Shown: positions 19,359-28,696 of the stretch, piece by piece
How positions within the stretch are numbered: position 1 is the first letter of the stretch
Layout of the letters: each line of letters opens with the position of its first letter
DNA from: Acutalibacteraceae bacterium
GTDB lineage: Bacteria; Bacillota; Clostridia; Oscillospirales; Acutalibacteraceae
DNA length: 64,000 bases
Assembly: GCA_036308645.1 (NCBI GenBank)
Contig: JAXJVH010000007.1
Coordinates: 1 to 64,000 of the forward strand
Direction: 5' to 3'
Position numbers and translations under genes: made by a program
The notes under the pieces: model-generated
The model's input: only the letters and a program-made list of their open reading frames with translations
Database searches by the model: none
What the model was told of the DNA's origin: nothing

Positions 19359-20021
19359 ATGGAATGGTTTGCTTCCTGGTACGAAAGTCTTAACACCGTT
19401 CAGCAGGTTTTAGCCGCAGGCGCAATTCCCGCAACAGTAATTTTAATTATCCAAACTGTGCTTTTGATGTTTGGCGTTGGCGGTCATGACGCAGACCACG
19501 GCGAGTTTGACCACGATTTTTCGTATTCTCACGATTTTGACGGTCATATCGACCATGATTTTGACCACAGCCACGACTTTGACGAGCATATCGACCACGA
19601 CGGCGCACATCATTCATCGGGTGTAAGAATTTTTACCGTTCGTGGATTAGTCGCAATGTTCTCGGTTGGCGGCTGGCTTGGAATTGCAATGATAGATTTA
19701 GGTGTTTCTAACGCAATTTCGGTAATAATAGCCTTTGTCGGCGGATTTTTGGCGCTTATACTTGTAGCGCTGGTTTTAAAACTGATGCTTTCACTTCAGC
19801 AGGGCGGAAATATAGACGTCCAAAACGCTATTACCAAAACAGCAAAGGTCTATCTTACAATTCCGGCTTCACGCAAAGGCACAGGCAAGGTAACATTTAC
19901 TTTGCAAGAGCGTTTTGTCGAAATGGACGCTGTTACCGATTTTACACAAGACATTAAAACTGATTCTATGGTGCAGATTGTTTCGGTTACGGACAATTGT
20001 TTGGTTGTTCGCCCGTTATAA
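19359..20021 (+). CDS. NfeD-like (YuaF-type) membrane protein with a His/Asp-rich repeat insertion
   Basis: 220 aa with transmembrane helices, a C-terminal beta-barrel-like tail, and a flotillin gene immediately downstream. Contains HDADHGEFDHDFSYSHDFDGHIDHDFDHSHDFDEHIDHDGAHH. Confidence 0.6.
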   Translation: MEWFASWYESLNTVQQVLAAGAIPATVILIIQTVLLMFGVGGHDADHGEFDHDFSYSHDFDGHIDHDFDHSHDFDEHIDHDGAHHSSGVRIFTVRGLVAMFSVGGWLGIAMIDLGVSNAISVIIAFVGGFLALILVALVLKLMLSLQQGGNIDVQNAITKTAKVYLTIPASRKGTGKVTFTLQERFVEMDAVTDFTQDIKTDSMVQIVSVTDNCLVVRPL

Positions 20022-20063
20022 CCCGCATTATAAAATACATAATAAATAAAAGGAGAAATATTT

Positions 20064-21467
20064 ATGAATCCAAGCTTAATTATCACAATTACGGTTATCG
20101 CAGTACTGCTTTTCACATTGTTGTTAGTAGCGCTGACAAGATACCGCCGCTGCCCTTCGGATAAGGTGCTGGTTGTTTACGGTAAGGTAGGAACAAATAA
20201 AGACGGCACAAACCGTTCTGCTAAATGCGTTCATGGCGGCGCCGCTTTTATCTGGCCTGTAATTCAGTCTTATGAATACCTTGATTTGACACCTATTTCA
20301 ATCAATGTAGACCTTACAAATGCGCTTTCGCATCAGAATATCCGAGTTGATGTTCCTTCACGTTTTACGGTAGGTATCTCAACCGAACAGGGTGTTATGC
20401 AGAATGCGGCTGAACGTTTGCTCGGCTTAAAACTCAATGAAATTCAGGAGCTTGCCAAGGATATTATTTTCGGTCAGCTTCGTCTTGTTATAGCAACAAT
20501 GGATATTGAAGAAATCAATACCGACCGAGATAAATTTCTTGAGGCTGTTTCACACAATGTTGAAACCGAGCTTAAAAAGATAGGTTTAAGACTTATCAAT
20601 GTAAATGTTACCGATATTACCGATGAATCGGGATATATTGAGGCGCTCGGTAAAGAGGCGGCCGCAAAGGCTATCAACGACGCTAAAAAGAGCGTTGCCG
20701 AGAAAAACCGTGACGGTAGCATTGGCGAAGCCGTTGCAGTTAAAGACCAGCGTATTTCGGTTGCAGAGTCAAATGCGACTGCTATCGCAGGCGAAAACGA
20801 GTCCAAAGCCGCCGTTGCGCTTTCTGACGCAATCCGCAGAGAAAAAGAAGCAGAGGCACAGCGCAGAGCGGTTGCCGCAGAGAAAATCGCACAGGCAAAA
20901 GCGCTTGAAGAGGCTTATGTAGCAGAGCAAAGTGCAGAGCGTGCAAGAGCCGAAAGAGAACTTGCAACAAAGCAGGCTGATATAATTACCGCCGCACAGG
21001 TTGAAAAAGAACGCAAAGAACTTGAAGCAGAGGCTATAGCCGAGCAGACACGCCGCAAGGCAAAGGGTGAGGCTGACGCTATCTTCGCCACAATGGAAGC
21101 ACAGGCACGAGGCGTTCAGGAAGTGCTTGAAAAACAGGCTGAAGGTTTTAAAAAGATTATTGAAGCCGCAAACGGCGATGCTTCTGCCGCTGTTCAGTTA
21201 ATGCTTGTTGATAAAATCGAAGAGCTTGTTAAAATTCAGGTTGAAGCTATTAAAAATCTTAATATTGACAAGATTACCGTTTGGGATTCAATGGGCGGTG
21301 AAAACGGTACTCCGACAACTGCAAACTTTCTGTCGGGTATTATGAAGTCCGTTCCTCCGCTTAATGAAACACTTAAAATGGCAGGAATACAAATTCCCGA
21401 ATATTTAGGCAAGCAGATTGAAGAAAAAGAAGAAAAAGAACCACAAGCAACAGAAGCACAAAAATAA
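20064..21467 (+). CDS. floT: Flotillin-like SPFH/band-7 protein
   Basis: 467 aa with an N-terminal transmembrane segment, SPFH domain and an Ala/Glu-rich coiled-coil flotillin repeat region. Confidence 0.8.
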   Translation: MNPSLIITITVIAVLLFTLLLVALTRYRRCPSDKVLVVYGKVGTNKDGTNRSAKCVHGGAAFIWPVIQSYEYLDLTPISINVDLTNALSHQNIRVDVPSRFTVGISTEQGVMQNAAERLLGLKLNEIQELAKDIIFGQLRLVIATMDIEEINTDRDKFLEAVSHNVETELKKIGLRLINVNVTDITDESGYIEALGKEAAAKAINDAKKSVAEKNRDGSIGEAVAVKDQRISVAESNATAIAGENESKAAVALSDAIRREKEAEAQRRAVAAEKIAQAKALEEAYVAEQSAERARAERELATKQADIITAAQVEKERKELEAEAIAEQTRRKAKGEADAIFATMEAQARGVQEVLEKQAEGFKKIIEAANGDASAAVQLMLVDKIEELVKIQVEAIKNLNIDKITVWDSMGGENGTPTTANFLSGIMKSVPPLNETLKMAGIQIPEYLGKQIEEKEEKEPQATEAQK

Positions 21468-21518
21468 TTTATGTGTTTTAATTATATCGACTTTGTTGCA
21501 GACTAATCTTATATACAA

Positions 21519-21556
21519 AAACAACCCTTTGGAAAATTCCAAAGGGTTGTTTTAAT
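21519..21556. terminator. Bidirectional intrinsic terminator between floT and the downstream convergent gene
   Basis: Stem ACAACCCTTTGG / CCAAAGGGTTGT with T-rich flanks on both strands. Confidence 0.6.
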
Positions 21557-21569
21557 CGTAAAAGTCTTA

Positions 21570-21860
21570 TTATTTTTCCGCCAACGCACGTTCGAGCCAA
21601 ATAGCGCCGATGTCCATAGCGTTGTAAAGACCTTCTTTTTCGCTCTTTTTGATTATTCTCTTTACAGGGTCAACCGATGTATCGGTATCAAGCAACTGAA
21701 CAAGAATTTTTTTAGCCGAGGTAATATCTCCGTCCGGCTCCTTATCTTTGATTGTGAGTTGGATTACAAATTTATCCTCCATATTTCCGTAATAAAGAGT
21801 ATCGCCGCAACGAACAAGCGGTCTGCCTTTATAATTTAAAAATTCTGCCAAAAGAATCAA
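21570..21860 (-). CDS. Hypothetical protein (96 aa)
   Basis: ORF only; I recognised no family. Confidence 0.35.
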   Translation of the reverse strand: MILLAEFLNYKGRPLVRCGDTLYYGNMEDKFVIQLTIKDKEPDGDITSAKKILVQLLDTDTSVDPVKRIIKKSEKEGLYNAMDIGAIWLERALAEK

Positions 21861-21924
21861 CTCCTAACGTAATCTGTTTTATTATTTTAACATACTTTAT
21901 GCCCTTTGTAAAGATGTTTTTTCT

Positions 21925-21962
21925 GCACAAAAAACTCCTGCCGAAAATAAAAGGCAGGAGTT
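21925..21962 (-). terminator. Intrinsic terminator of the rpsF-ssb-rpsR operon
   Basis: Stem AACTCCTGCC / GGCAGGAGTT followed on the minus strand by TTTTTT. Confidence 0.65.
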
Positions 21963-21983
21963 TTGTTTGTTCTAAATATTATA

Positions 21984-22244
21984 TTAGTCAGAAACGTAAG
22001 GCATTAATGCTAAATGTCTTGCTCTCTTAATAGCAACTGTCAATGCTCTCTGGTGGAAAGTGCAGGTGCCTGTTACACGGCGAGGGAGAATTTTTGCTCT
22101 CTCAGAGGTGTATTTAGAAAGTTTAGAAACATTTTTATAGTCAATAAAGCCGCCTGTCTGTCTGTCTACGCAGAAAGCGCAAACTTTTTTACGACCTTTT
22201 CTGATAGGTCTTGCAGGACGCTCAGGTCTTTTATTTTCTTCCAT
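21984..22244 (-). CDS. rpsR: 30S ribosomal protein S18
   Basis: 86 aa matching the canonical S18 sequence. Confidence 0.9.
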   Translation of the reverse strand: MEENKRPERPARPIRKGRKKVCAFCVDRQTGGFIDYKNVSKLSKYTSERAKILPRRVTGTCTFHQRALTVAIKRARHLALMPYVSD

Positions 22245-22303
22245 TTAAGGTTTACCTCCTTATAAAAATTTGTATTCGAAAAGAAATTTTTTCAAATAAT
22301 AAA

Positions 22304-22738
22304 TCAGAACGGAAGATCCTCGTCACCCATAGAAATTTCTTCAAAATCGCCTGTATCAACATTTGAGAATGAAGCGGGTGCGGATTCTGTTCTTGCCATC
22401 GGTGCGCTACCGCCCGACTCGGCTTTTGAACCGCAAAAATCAGCAGAATCAACAACAACATCATAAGTTGTACGTTTATTGCCGTCTTTATCGGTGTAAC
22501 TGCTCTGTTGTAAAGAGCCGCGAATAGCAATCATCTGACCTTTGCCAAAATATTTTGTGATAAATTCGGCATTATTACGCCAAGCGACGCAATTGATAAA
22601 ATCGGTCTGATTATTGCCGTCTTTTGAATAACTGCGGTTTACGGCAACAGAAAAAGAAGTAACCGAAATACCGCTGTTTGTTGTGCGAAGTTCAGGGGTT
22701 GCAGTAAGTCTGCCCATAATTACTACTACATTAAGCAT
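22304..22738 (-). CDS. ssb: Single-stranded DNA-binding protein
   Basis: 144 aa OB-fold with a C-terminal acidic DLPF tail. Confidence 0.9.
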   Translation of the reverse strand: MLNVVVIMGRLTATPELRTTNSGISVTSFSVAVNRSYSKDGNNQTDFINCVAWRNNAEFITKYFGKGQMIAIRGSLQQSSYTDKDGNKRTTYDVVVDSADFCGSKAESGGSAPMARTESAPASFSNVDTGDFEEISMGDEDLPF

Positions 22739-22760
22739 TTTTATTTACCTGCTTTCAAAA

Positions 22761-23048
22761 TTATGCTTCCTTTGCAACTGTTAAATATCTTAACACGTCG
22801 TCTGCAATGTTAAGTTTTCTTGCAAGTTCAGAAACAAATGTAGGCTCAGAAGTATGAGTAATAACTACATAGTAGCCGTCGTTTTCGTAGTTGATAGGGT
22901 ATGCAAGTCTGCGTTTGCCCCATTCATCTACATTATCAACAGTACCGTTAGCCTCGATAAGTCCTTTAAACTTCTCAACGCTTGCAGCTACAGCTTCTTC
23001 ACCGTTTTTCAAAGAGAAAACCAAAACTGTTTCATAAACATTAGCCAT
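22761..23048 (-). CDS. rpsF: 30S ribosomal protein S6
   Basis: 95 aa matching S6. Confidence 0.9.
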   Translation of the reverse strand: MANVYETVLVFSLKNGEEAVAASVEKFKGLIEANGTVDNVDEWGKRRLAYPINYENDGYYVVITHTSEPTFVSELARKLNIADDVLRYLTVAKEA

Positions 23049-23184
23049 TGATATTGTACCTCCTTTCGGTCATTCGGCTCGACCGCAATTCTCTCGGTCA
23101 AGCAAGGAATAAATTTTTTAAACCTTTACTTATACTGATTTTATACAAGCATAAGCAAAAGTAATTTTACAATAATTTTTAAAA

Positions 23185-24057
23185 TTAGTCAAGTGTTTTT
23201 GCTAAATTTTTTATATATTCTTTAAAATCATTACCAAAATCTTCATTTTTAAGTGCCATTTCAACATGTGCCTGCATAAACGAGAGTTTATTTCCCATAT
23301 CGTAACGTGTGCCTGAAAATTCAATGCCCATCATACCCTCGTTTCTTGCAAGAACACGCATAGCGTCGGTAAGTTGAAGTTCGTTGCCTGCGCCTTTTGG
23401 AATATTTTCAAGAATTTCAAAAATATTCGGCGGTAAAATAACTCTGCCCAAAATAGAATAAAGCGACATAATTTGATAAGGAGAGGGTTTTTCGATCATA
23501 TCGGTTACTTTCATAACGGTATCCGAAACCATTTCAACATCAAGCGAACAATATTTTACAATATCCTTTTTTGAAACCTTTTTAACGCCTGCAACACCGA
23601 GTCCGTACTGCTCGTAAACTTCTGCCAACTCGCCGATAGCAGGTTTTTCACCGATAATAACGTCGTCACCGTAAAGCACTGCAAAAGGCTCGTCGTCAAC
23701 CCATGCTTTTGCTTTTAAAATAGCGTGACCTAAACCGCCTGTAACGCCCTGACGTAAAAATGTAATATTTGCAAGATTTGCAAGGCGCTCAACCTGCTCC
23801 AATTGCTGAAACTTTTTAGAATCACGCAGAGCGTGTTCAAGTTCAACCGAATGGTCAAAATGATCCTCAATTACGCCTTTGCCTCGGTTTGTAATAATAA
23901 GAATTTCAGCAATTCCTGCCTCAACCGCTTCTTCAACTATGTATTGAATAGCCGGTTTGTCAACAATCGGAAGCATCTCTTTCGGCGTGGCTTTTGAAGC
24001 CGGTAAAATTCGTGTACCGAGCCCCGCCGCCGGTATAACCGCTTTTCTGATTTTCAT
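23185..24057 (-). CDS. galU: UTP--glucose-1-phosphate uridylyltransferase
   Basis: 290 aa with the N-terminal motif KAVIPAAGLGTRILPASKATPKEMLPIVDKP. Confidence 0.85.
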   Translation of the reverse strand: MKIRKAVIPAAGLGTRILPASKATPKEMLPIVDKPAIQYIVEEAVEAGIAEILIITNRGKGVIEDHFDHSVELEHALRDSKKFQQLEQVERLANLANITFLRQGVTGGLGHAILKAKAWVDDEPFAVLYGDDVIIGEKPAIGELAEVYEQYGLGVAGVKKVSKKDIVKYCSLDVEMVSDTVMKVTDMIEKPSPYQIMSLYSILGRVILPPNIFEILENIPKGAGNELQLTDAMRVLARNEGMMGIEFSGTRYDMGNKLSFMQAHVEMALKNEDFGNDFKEYIKNLAKTLD

Positions 24058-24101
24058 TACGCAATCCTCCTAAAAACAATATATTAAAATTAAATACGAT
24101 A

Positions 24102-25142
24102 TTAAATATTTAATACCATATTAACAACCGTTCCCAACATTGCAAATGCAAAAAAGATTAACGCTAACACGCAAACAACCAGACAAATTACCCATACTGT
24201 GCATTTTGTTCCGCCTGCTACTGCAATATCGTTGATACATGCAGGCGTTGGATTGTTTTTCTTTATAGCAAGAATACTGCCGGCGGCATAATTAAAATAC
24301 CAATACTTTGCAAAAAGTCCCAAAATTAATGCGAAAGCAAAATTCATAAGACTTATCAAGAACATAATCGGCAAATACTTTGCAGTGGTTTCAACAATTG
24401 CTCTAGCGTACTCCTCTTCACCGACAAGGTCATCACTGTTATAATCATAATCATCATAACCTTCATCGTAACCGTAATAATAATCATAATACTGATCGTC
24501 GTCATCGAAATAATCGTCAAAATAATCATCGGCGTCTGCTCCGTAGTCATATTTTGCATTCGGTGAAATCGAATATGACCCGCTCATATTTTCTCTGACA
24601 AATGTTTCGGTAGCGTCGGTGATGTCGCTTACCATAAATACAGCGGTTACGCCGCCTACTATATTTAAAGCAAGCGCAATGCTTAATACTATCGCACCGA
24701 TTTTATTCATTTTGCGGTGAAAAAACCAAAACGCTCCGGCTATAGGCGAAATTAACCAACTCAACAAGAACACAAGCGGGCTGAAAGAAACCTTTTTACT
24801 GCTGCAAAATTTTCTGAAAGCGGGAATAAAATCATTTTGATTTTTTCCTACAAAAACCGAAAATTCCGCTTCGTTTACGCTGTTTAAATCAATTTGTGAG
24901 TCAAATTGTGATTCAAACTGATAATCAGAACCGCCCTGTTCTTCTGTGCCGCCTTCTGCACAGCCTTTTTCTTCTGTTTGAGAATCTGTTTGCGCCGCCG
25001 TCAATTGTACTGTCTCATTCTCATCAGGCTGCGGCGCGGCTTGCTCTTTTATATTATCATTATCCTCAAAAGCAGCGCCGCATTGACAACAAAATTTTGC
25101 GTCATCGGTATTTTGAGCATTACATTTATTACAAGTTTTCAT
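24102..25142 (-). CDS. Zinc-ribbon membrane protein (DUF2628-like core) with an extreme Asp/Tyr-rich low-complexity segment
   Basis: N-terminal CxxC...CxxC motif, several transmembrane helices, and DYGADADDYFDDYFDDDDQYYDYYYGYDEGYDDYDYNSDD. Paralogous to the neighbouring gene. Confidence 0.5.
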   Translation of the reverse strand: MKTCNKCNAQNTDDAKFCCQCGAAFEDNDNIKEQAAPQPDENETVQLTAAQTDSQTEEKGCAEGGTEEQGGSDYQFESQFDSQIDLNSVNEAEFSVFVGKNQNDFIPAFRKFCSSKKVSFSPLVFLLSWLISPIAGAFWFFHRKMNKIGAIVLSIALALNIVGGVTAVFMVSDITDATETFVRENMSGSYSISPNAKYDYGADADDYFDDYFDDDDQYYDYYYGYDEGYDDYDYNSDDLVGEEEYARAIVETTAKYLPIMFLISLMNFAFALILGLFAKYWYFNYAAGSILAIKKNNPTPACINDIAVAGGTKCTVWVICLVVCVLALIFFAFAMLGTVVNMVLNI

Positions 25143-25159
25143 ATTAAATCACGTCCCCC

Positions 25160-26032
25160 TCAAATAAAACTCATGATAACTAACGAAACTAAATTAACTG
25201 CAAAAAACAAGAGCATTGGAAGCATAAGATTTACGCCGCCTTTTTGCATAAAATCAATTTCGGTGGTTTTTCCCTCTTTTTTCATTGCGTCAATCGAAGA
25301 ATAAACCTTTTTCTTATAAATATAGTCGCCGAACATTCCCATAAAAATTTTTATAACGAGCGACAATAAAGAGCCGATAAAAAGCACTCCTGAAATTTTT
25401 AAAACTTCATCGGTAACAATTCCCGTAGCCATAAAATTCTGAACTGCCGAATTTGCGGTTCCGAGCGAATAAAAAATGCTGTAAAGCACCGAATACAATG
25501 CAACCAATATCGACGGATAATAGCATTTTCTTGAAACAAGCCAATATTCAGGCACTAAAAAAGCTACCCAGTTCCAGTTAATCTTTTTTCTAAGCGCCGC
25601 CATTTTTCTGAAAATATTAATATATCGAAGAGCGTTGTATCCGACAAATTTTGCAATATTTTCAGCGCTTTCGCCGCCGATATCTTCATTTCTGTCAATT
25701 CCGTTAGAAGTAAAAAACGGGTTTTCCTGACTTGTTCTGCTGTTGTTAAACTCGCCTTGAAACTGCGTATTAAACGCATTATTCGGGTTCGGATTTTGGT
25801 TGTTTTCGTTCTGCTCAGCGGTTTGATTGTCAAAATCCGTAGTTCTCGGCGGTTCAATTTTCGGCGGTTGCCATTGCTCGGGAGTGCCGTGTTTATCGGC
25901 ATAAGCGCAATGTCCTAACTGCAAATAACATGATTTGTGATGCGGCGCACCGCAATCGGGGCAAAAAGCCACCTCATCTGTAAAAAGTTTTGCCTTGCAA
26001 ACGGGGCAAAGCATATTTTCATCAATTTTCAT
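25160..26032 (-). CDS. Double zinc-ribbon membrane protein (DUF2628-like), paralog of the upstream gene
   Basis: CPVCKAKL...CPDCGAPHHKSC, a Q/N-rich linker, then a transmembrane core sharing a FRK..K(I/V)NWNW..F-type motif with 24102-25142. Confidence 0.5.
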   Translation of the reverse strand: MKIDENMLCPVCKAKLFTDEVAFCPDCGAPHHKSCYLQLGHCAYADKHGTPEQWQPPKIEPPRTTDFDNQTAEQNENNQNPNPNNAFNTQFQGEFNNSRTSQENPFFTSNGIDRNEDIGGESAENIAKFVGYNALRYINIFRKMAALRKKINWNWVAFLVPEYWLVSRKCYYPSILVALYSVLYSIFYSLGTANSAVQNFMATGIVTDEVLKISGVLFIGSLLSLVIKIFMGMFGDYIYKKKVYSSIDAMKKEGKTTEIDFMQKGGVNLMLPMLLFFAVNLVSLVIMSFI

Positions 26033-26089
26033 TCAAACTTTCCTTTTGCAAAAATCTTTGTTTAATATTTATATTTTAAATTAAACAGT

Positions 26090-26611
26090 TTATCGTCTGT
26101 TGCGTTTTAAAAAACTGTCAATGGAATATATTACATCAAAATAGTTTTTTCCGTAATTATGATACTCGCCGTTTTCAACCATTCTTTGCAATTCCTCTTT
26201 GCTTACCCACTTAACCTCGGCAACCTCATCCTCTTGCAGGCGACAGCGGTTTGCGGGAATGTTACATCTTACCGCATAAATATCGTTAATCGAATATTTA
26301 CGCAACTGACGTTTCACAAGCACCATTCTTCGGCGGGTAACTCTGATTCCCAACTCTTCAAAAAGTTCTCTTATGGCGGCGTGGCGAGAACCTTCGCTTG
26401 AAAACGCCGAACCGCCCGTAGCCGCCCATTCGCCCGGCATAAGCGGTTTTTTATCAGAACGTCGCTGAATTAAAAACTCGCCCTTATCATTGACAACCCA
26501 TATATGAACAACTAAATGATACTCTCCTTTAGAAAGTCCTCTGCGACCTCGAACGACCGTTTTACCGGTTTTATTTCCGTCCTTATCAAGTATGTCCCAA
26601 TATTCTATCAT
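26090..26611 (-). CDS. NUDIX hydrolase
   Basis: 173 aa with Nudix box GEWAATGGSAFSSEGSRHAAIRELFEELGI. Confidence 0.75.
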   Translation of the reverse strand: MIEYWDILDKDGNKTGKTVVRGRRGLSKGEYHLVVHIWVVNDKGEFLIQRRSDKKPLMPGEWAATGGSAFSSEGSRHAAIRELFEELGIRVTRRRMVLVKRQLRKYSINDIYAVRCNIPANRCRLQEDEVAEVKWVSKEELQRMVENGEYHNYGKNYFDVIYSIDSFLKRNRR

Positions 26612-26809
26612 ACTTTATCTCCAAAATACAAAACTACTATCATAGATATTTTACTATATTTTCGTTTTATTTTCAAGCGGTATATTTGAATATTAAAATT
26701 TAATTCTTAATTTATTAAAATTTTGAAACTTTTTATTGCGTTTGTGATATAAATAATTGAATTTTTATTTATTATTTGATATAATGATTTTAATATTTTA
26801 ATTTCAGAG

Positions 26810-28696
26810 GTGAAAAAAGGCTTGGCATATTTTGCAGGAAATATTGACGTTGCAGTAATAGGCGCAGGTCATGCAGGCATTGAAGCGGCTTTGGCGGCTT
26901 CAAGATTGAATCTTAATACAATTATCTTTACCATAAATCTTGATTCGGTGGGAAATTTGCCTTGCAATCCCGCTATCGGCGGTACGGCAAAAGGACATTT
27001 GGTAAGAGAATTGGACGCTTTAGGCGGTGAAATGGGCAAAGCCGCCGACGAAACCTTTATTCAATCGAGAATGTTAAACAAAGGCAAAGGCCCTGCGGTA
27101 CACTCGCTACGCGCGCAGATTGACAGAAGGCATTATTCCGAGCGAATGAAACATTGCCTTGAAAAACAGGAAAATCTAACGCTGATACAAGCCGAGATTA
27201 CCGCTATCGAGCAAGACGGCGAAGTTTGGAAGATTTATACCAGAATGGACGCTTGCTATACCGCAAAGGCGGTAATTATCTGCACAGGTACATATCTCGG
27301 CGGAAAAGTATACATAGGCGAAGTTAATTACGAATCGGGTCCGGACGGACTTTTCCCCGCCGCTTTTTTAGGCGAATCTTTGAGAAAACTAGGCGTAAAA
27401 ACAAGACGCTTTAAAACAGGCACGCCGCCGAGAGTTCTGCGTTCTTCAATTGATTTTTCGGAACTTGAAGAACAGTACGGCGACAACCCGATTACGCCTT
27501 TTTCTTATGATACCGACCCTAAAACGCTTACCAACAAAGCGATATGCCACATCACCTGGACAAACGAAAAAACCAAAGAGATTATTTTAAATAATCTTCA
27601 CCGTTCGCCGCTTTACGCAGGTGAAATTGAAGGCGTAGGACCGAGATACTGTCCGAGTATTGAAGATAAAACGGTGCGTTTTAAAGACAAACAGCGCCAT
27701 CAGATTTTTATTGAGCCATGCGGTCTTAACACCGAAGAAATGTATTTGCAGGGCGTTTCTTCTTCGCTCCCTGAAGAAGTTCAGCAACAGATGTACCACA
27801 GCATTAAAGGTCTTGAAAACTGTAAAATTATGCGTACCGCTTACGCTATTGAATATGATTGCATTGACCCTACCGCACTTTATGCCACTTTGGAATTTAA
27901 AGATTTTTCGGGGCTTTACGGCGCAGGTCAATTTAACGGCTCTTCGGGTTATGAGGAGGCGGCGGTGCAAGGCTTTGTTGCAGGCGTCAACGCCGCAAGA
28001 AAGATAAAGGGCGAAAGTCCTCTTATTCTTTCAAGAGCCGACTCTTATATTGGCACTTTGATTGACGACCTTGTGACAAAAGGTTGCAACGAACCTTACA
28101 GAATGATGACATCTCGTTCGGAATACCGCCTTGTTTTAAGGCAGGATAATGCCGACGAGCGATTAATGGCAATCGGCAGAGAAATAGGACTTATCAACGA
28201 TAAAAAATGGGAGGACTTTGAGCAAAGGCAAACACTTAAACAAAAAGAAATCGAACGTGCAAACTCGGTTGTTTTTCCGCCGAATGATGAGCTTAATAAA
28301 ATTTTAGAATCAAATAATACCGCTCCTGCGACAACGGGAATTCGTCTTTGCGACCTTATAAAGCGCCCCCAGCTTGATTATGAAAAACTGACTGAAATTG
28401 ATAAAACCCGTCCCGATATTCCGAACGATGTTTTGCTTTCGGCACAAACCGAGATAAAGTATGACGGATACATAAAAAGACAAAACTCCGCTATAAAAGA
28501 GTTGAAAAGACTTGAAAACAAAAGTCTGCCCGAAAATATTGACTACAATTCAATATTAGGGCTGAGACTTGAAGCAAGAGAAAAATTAAGCAAAATAAGA
28601 CCGAAAAACATAGGTCAGGCATCACGAGTTTCGGGAGTATCCCCCGCTGATGTTTCGGTGCTATTGATTTGGCTCGAGAAAGGAAACTCAAAATGA
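26810..28696 (+). CDS. mnmG: tRNA uridine-5-carboxymethylaminomethyl synthesis enzyme MnmG (GidA)
   Basis: 628 aa with an FAD-binding N-terminus (VIGAGHAGIEAALAA) and a conserved MnmG core. Confidence 0.9.
   Translation: MKKGLAYFAGNIDVAVIGAGHAGIEAALAASRLNLNTIIFTINLDSVGNLPCNPAIGGTAKGHLVRELDALGGEMGKAADETFIQSRMLNKGKGPAVHSLRAQIDRRHYSERMKHCLEKQENLTLIQAEITAIEQDGEVWKIYTRMDACYTAKAVIICTGTYLGGKVYIGEVNYESGPDGLFPAAFLGESLRKLGVKTRRFKTGTPPRVLRSSIDFSELEEQYGDNPITPFSYDTDPKTLTNKAICHITWTNEKTKEIILNNLHRSPLYAGEIEGVGPRYCPSIEDKTVRFKDKQRHQIFIEPCGLNTEEMYLQGVSSSLPEEVQQQMYHSIKGLENCKIMRTAYAIEYDCIDPTALYATLEFKDFSGLYGAGQFNGSSGYEEAAVQGFVAGVNAARKIKGESPLILSRADSYIGTLIDDLVTKGCNEPYRMMTSRSEYRLVLRQDNADERLMAIGREIGLINDKKWEDFEQRQTLKQKEIERANSVVFPPNDELNKILESNNTAPATTGIRLCDLIKRPQLDYEKLTEIDKTRPDIPNDVLLSAQTEIKYDGYIKRQNSAIKELKRLENKSLPENIDYNSILGLRLEAREKLSKIRPKNIGQASRVSGVSPADVSVLLIWLEKGNSK

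Noticed and set aside
26612-26810. AT-rich 200-bp region upstream of mnmG as a possible origin-proximal or DnaA-box cluster (mnmG/gidA is often near oriC)
   Set aside because: No TTATCCACA-like DnaA boxes are present in either orientation. It looks like an ordinary promoter region (TATAAT at about 26780).
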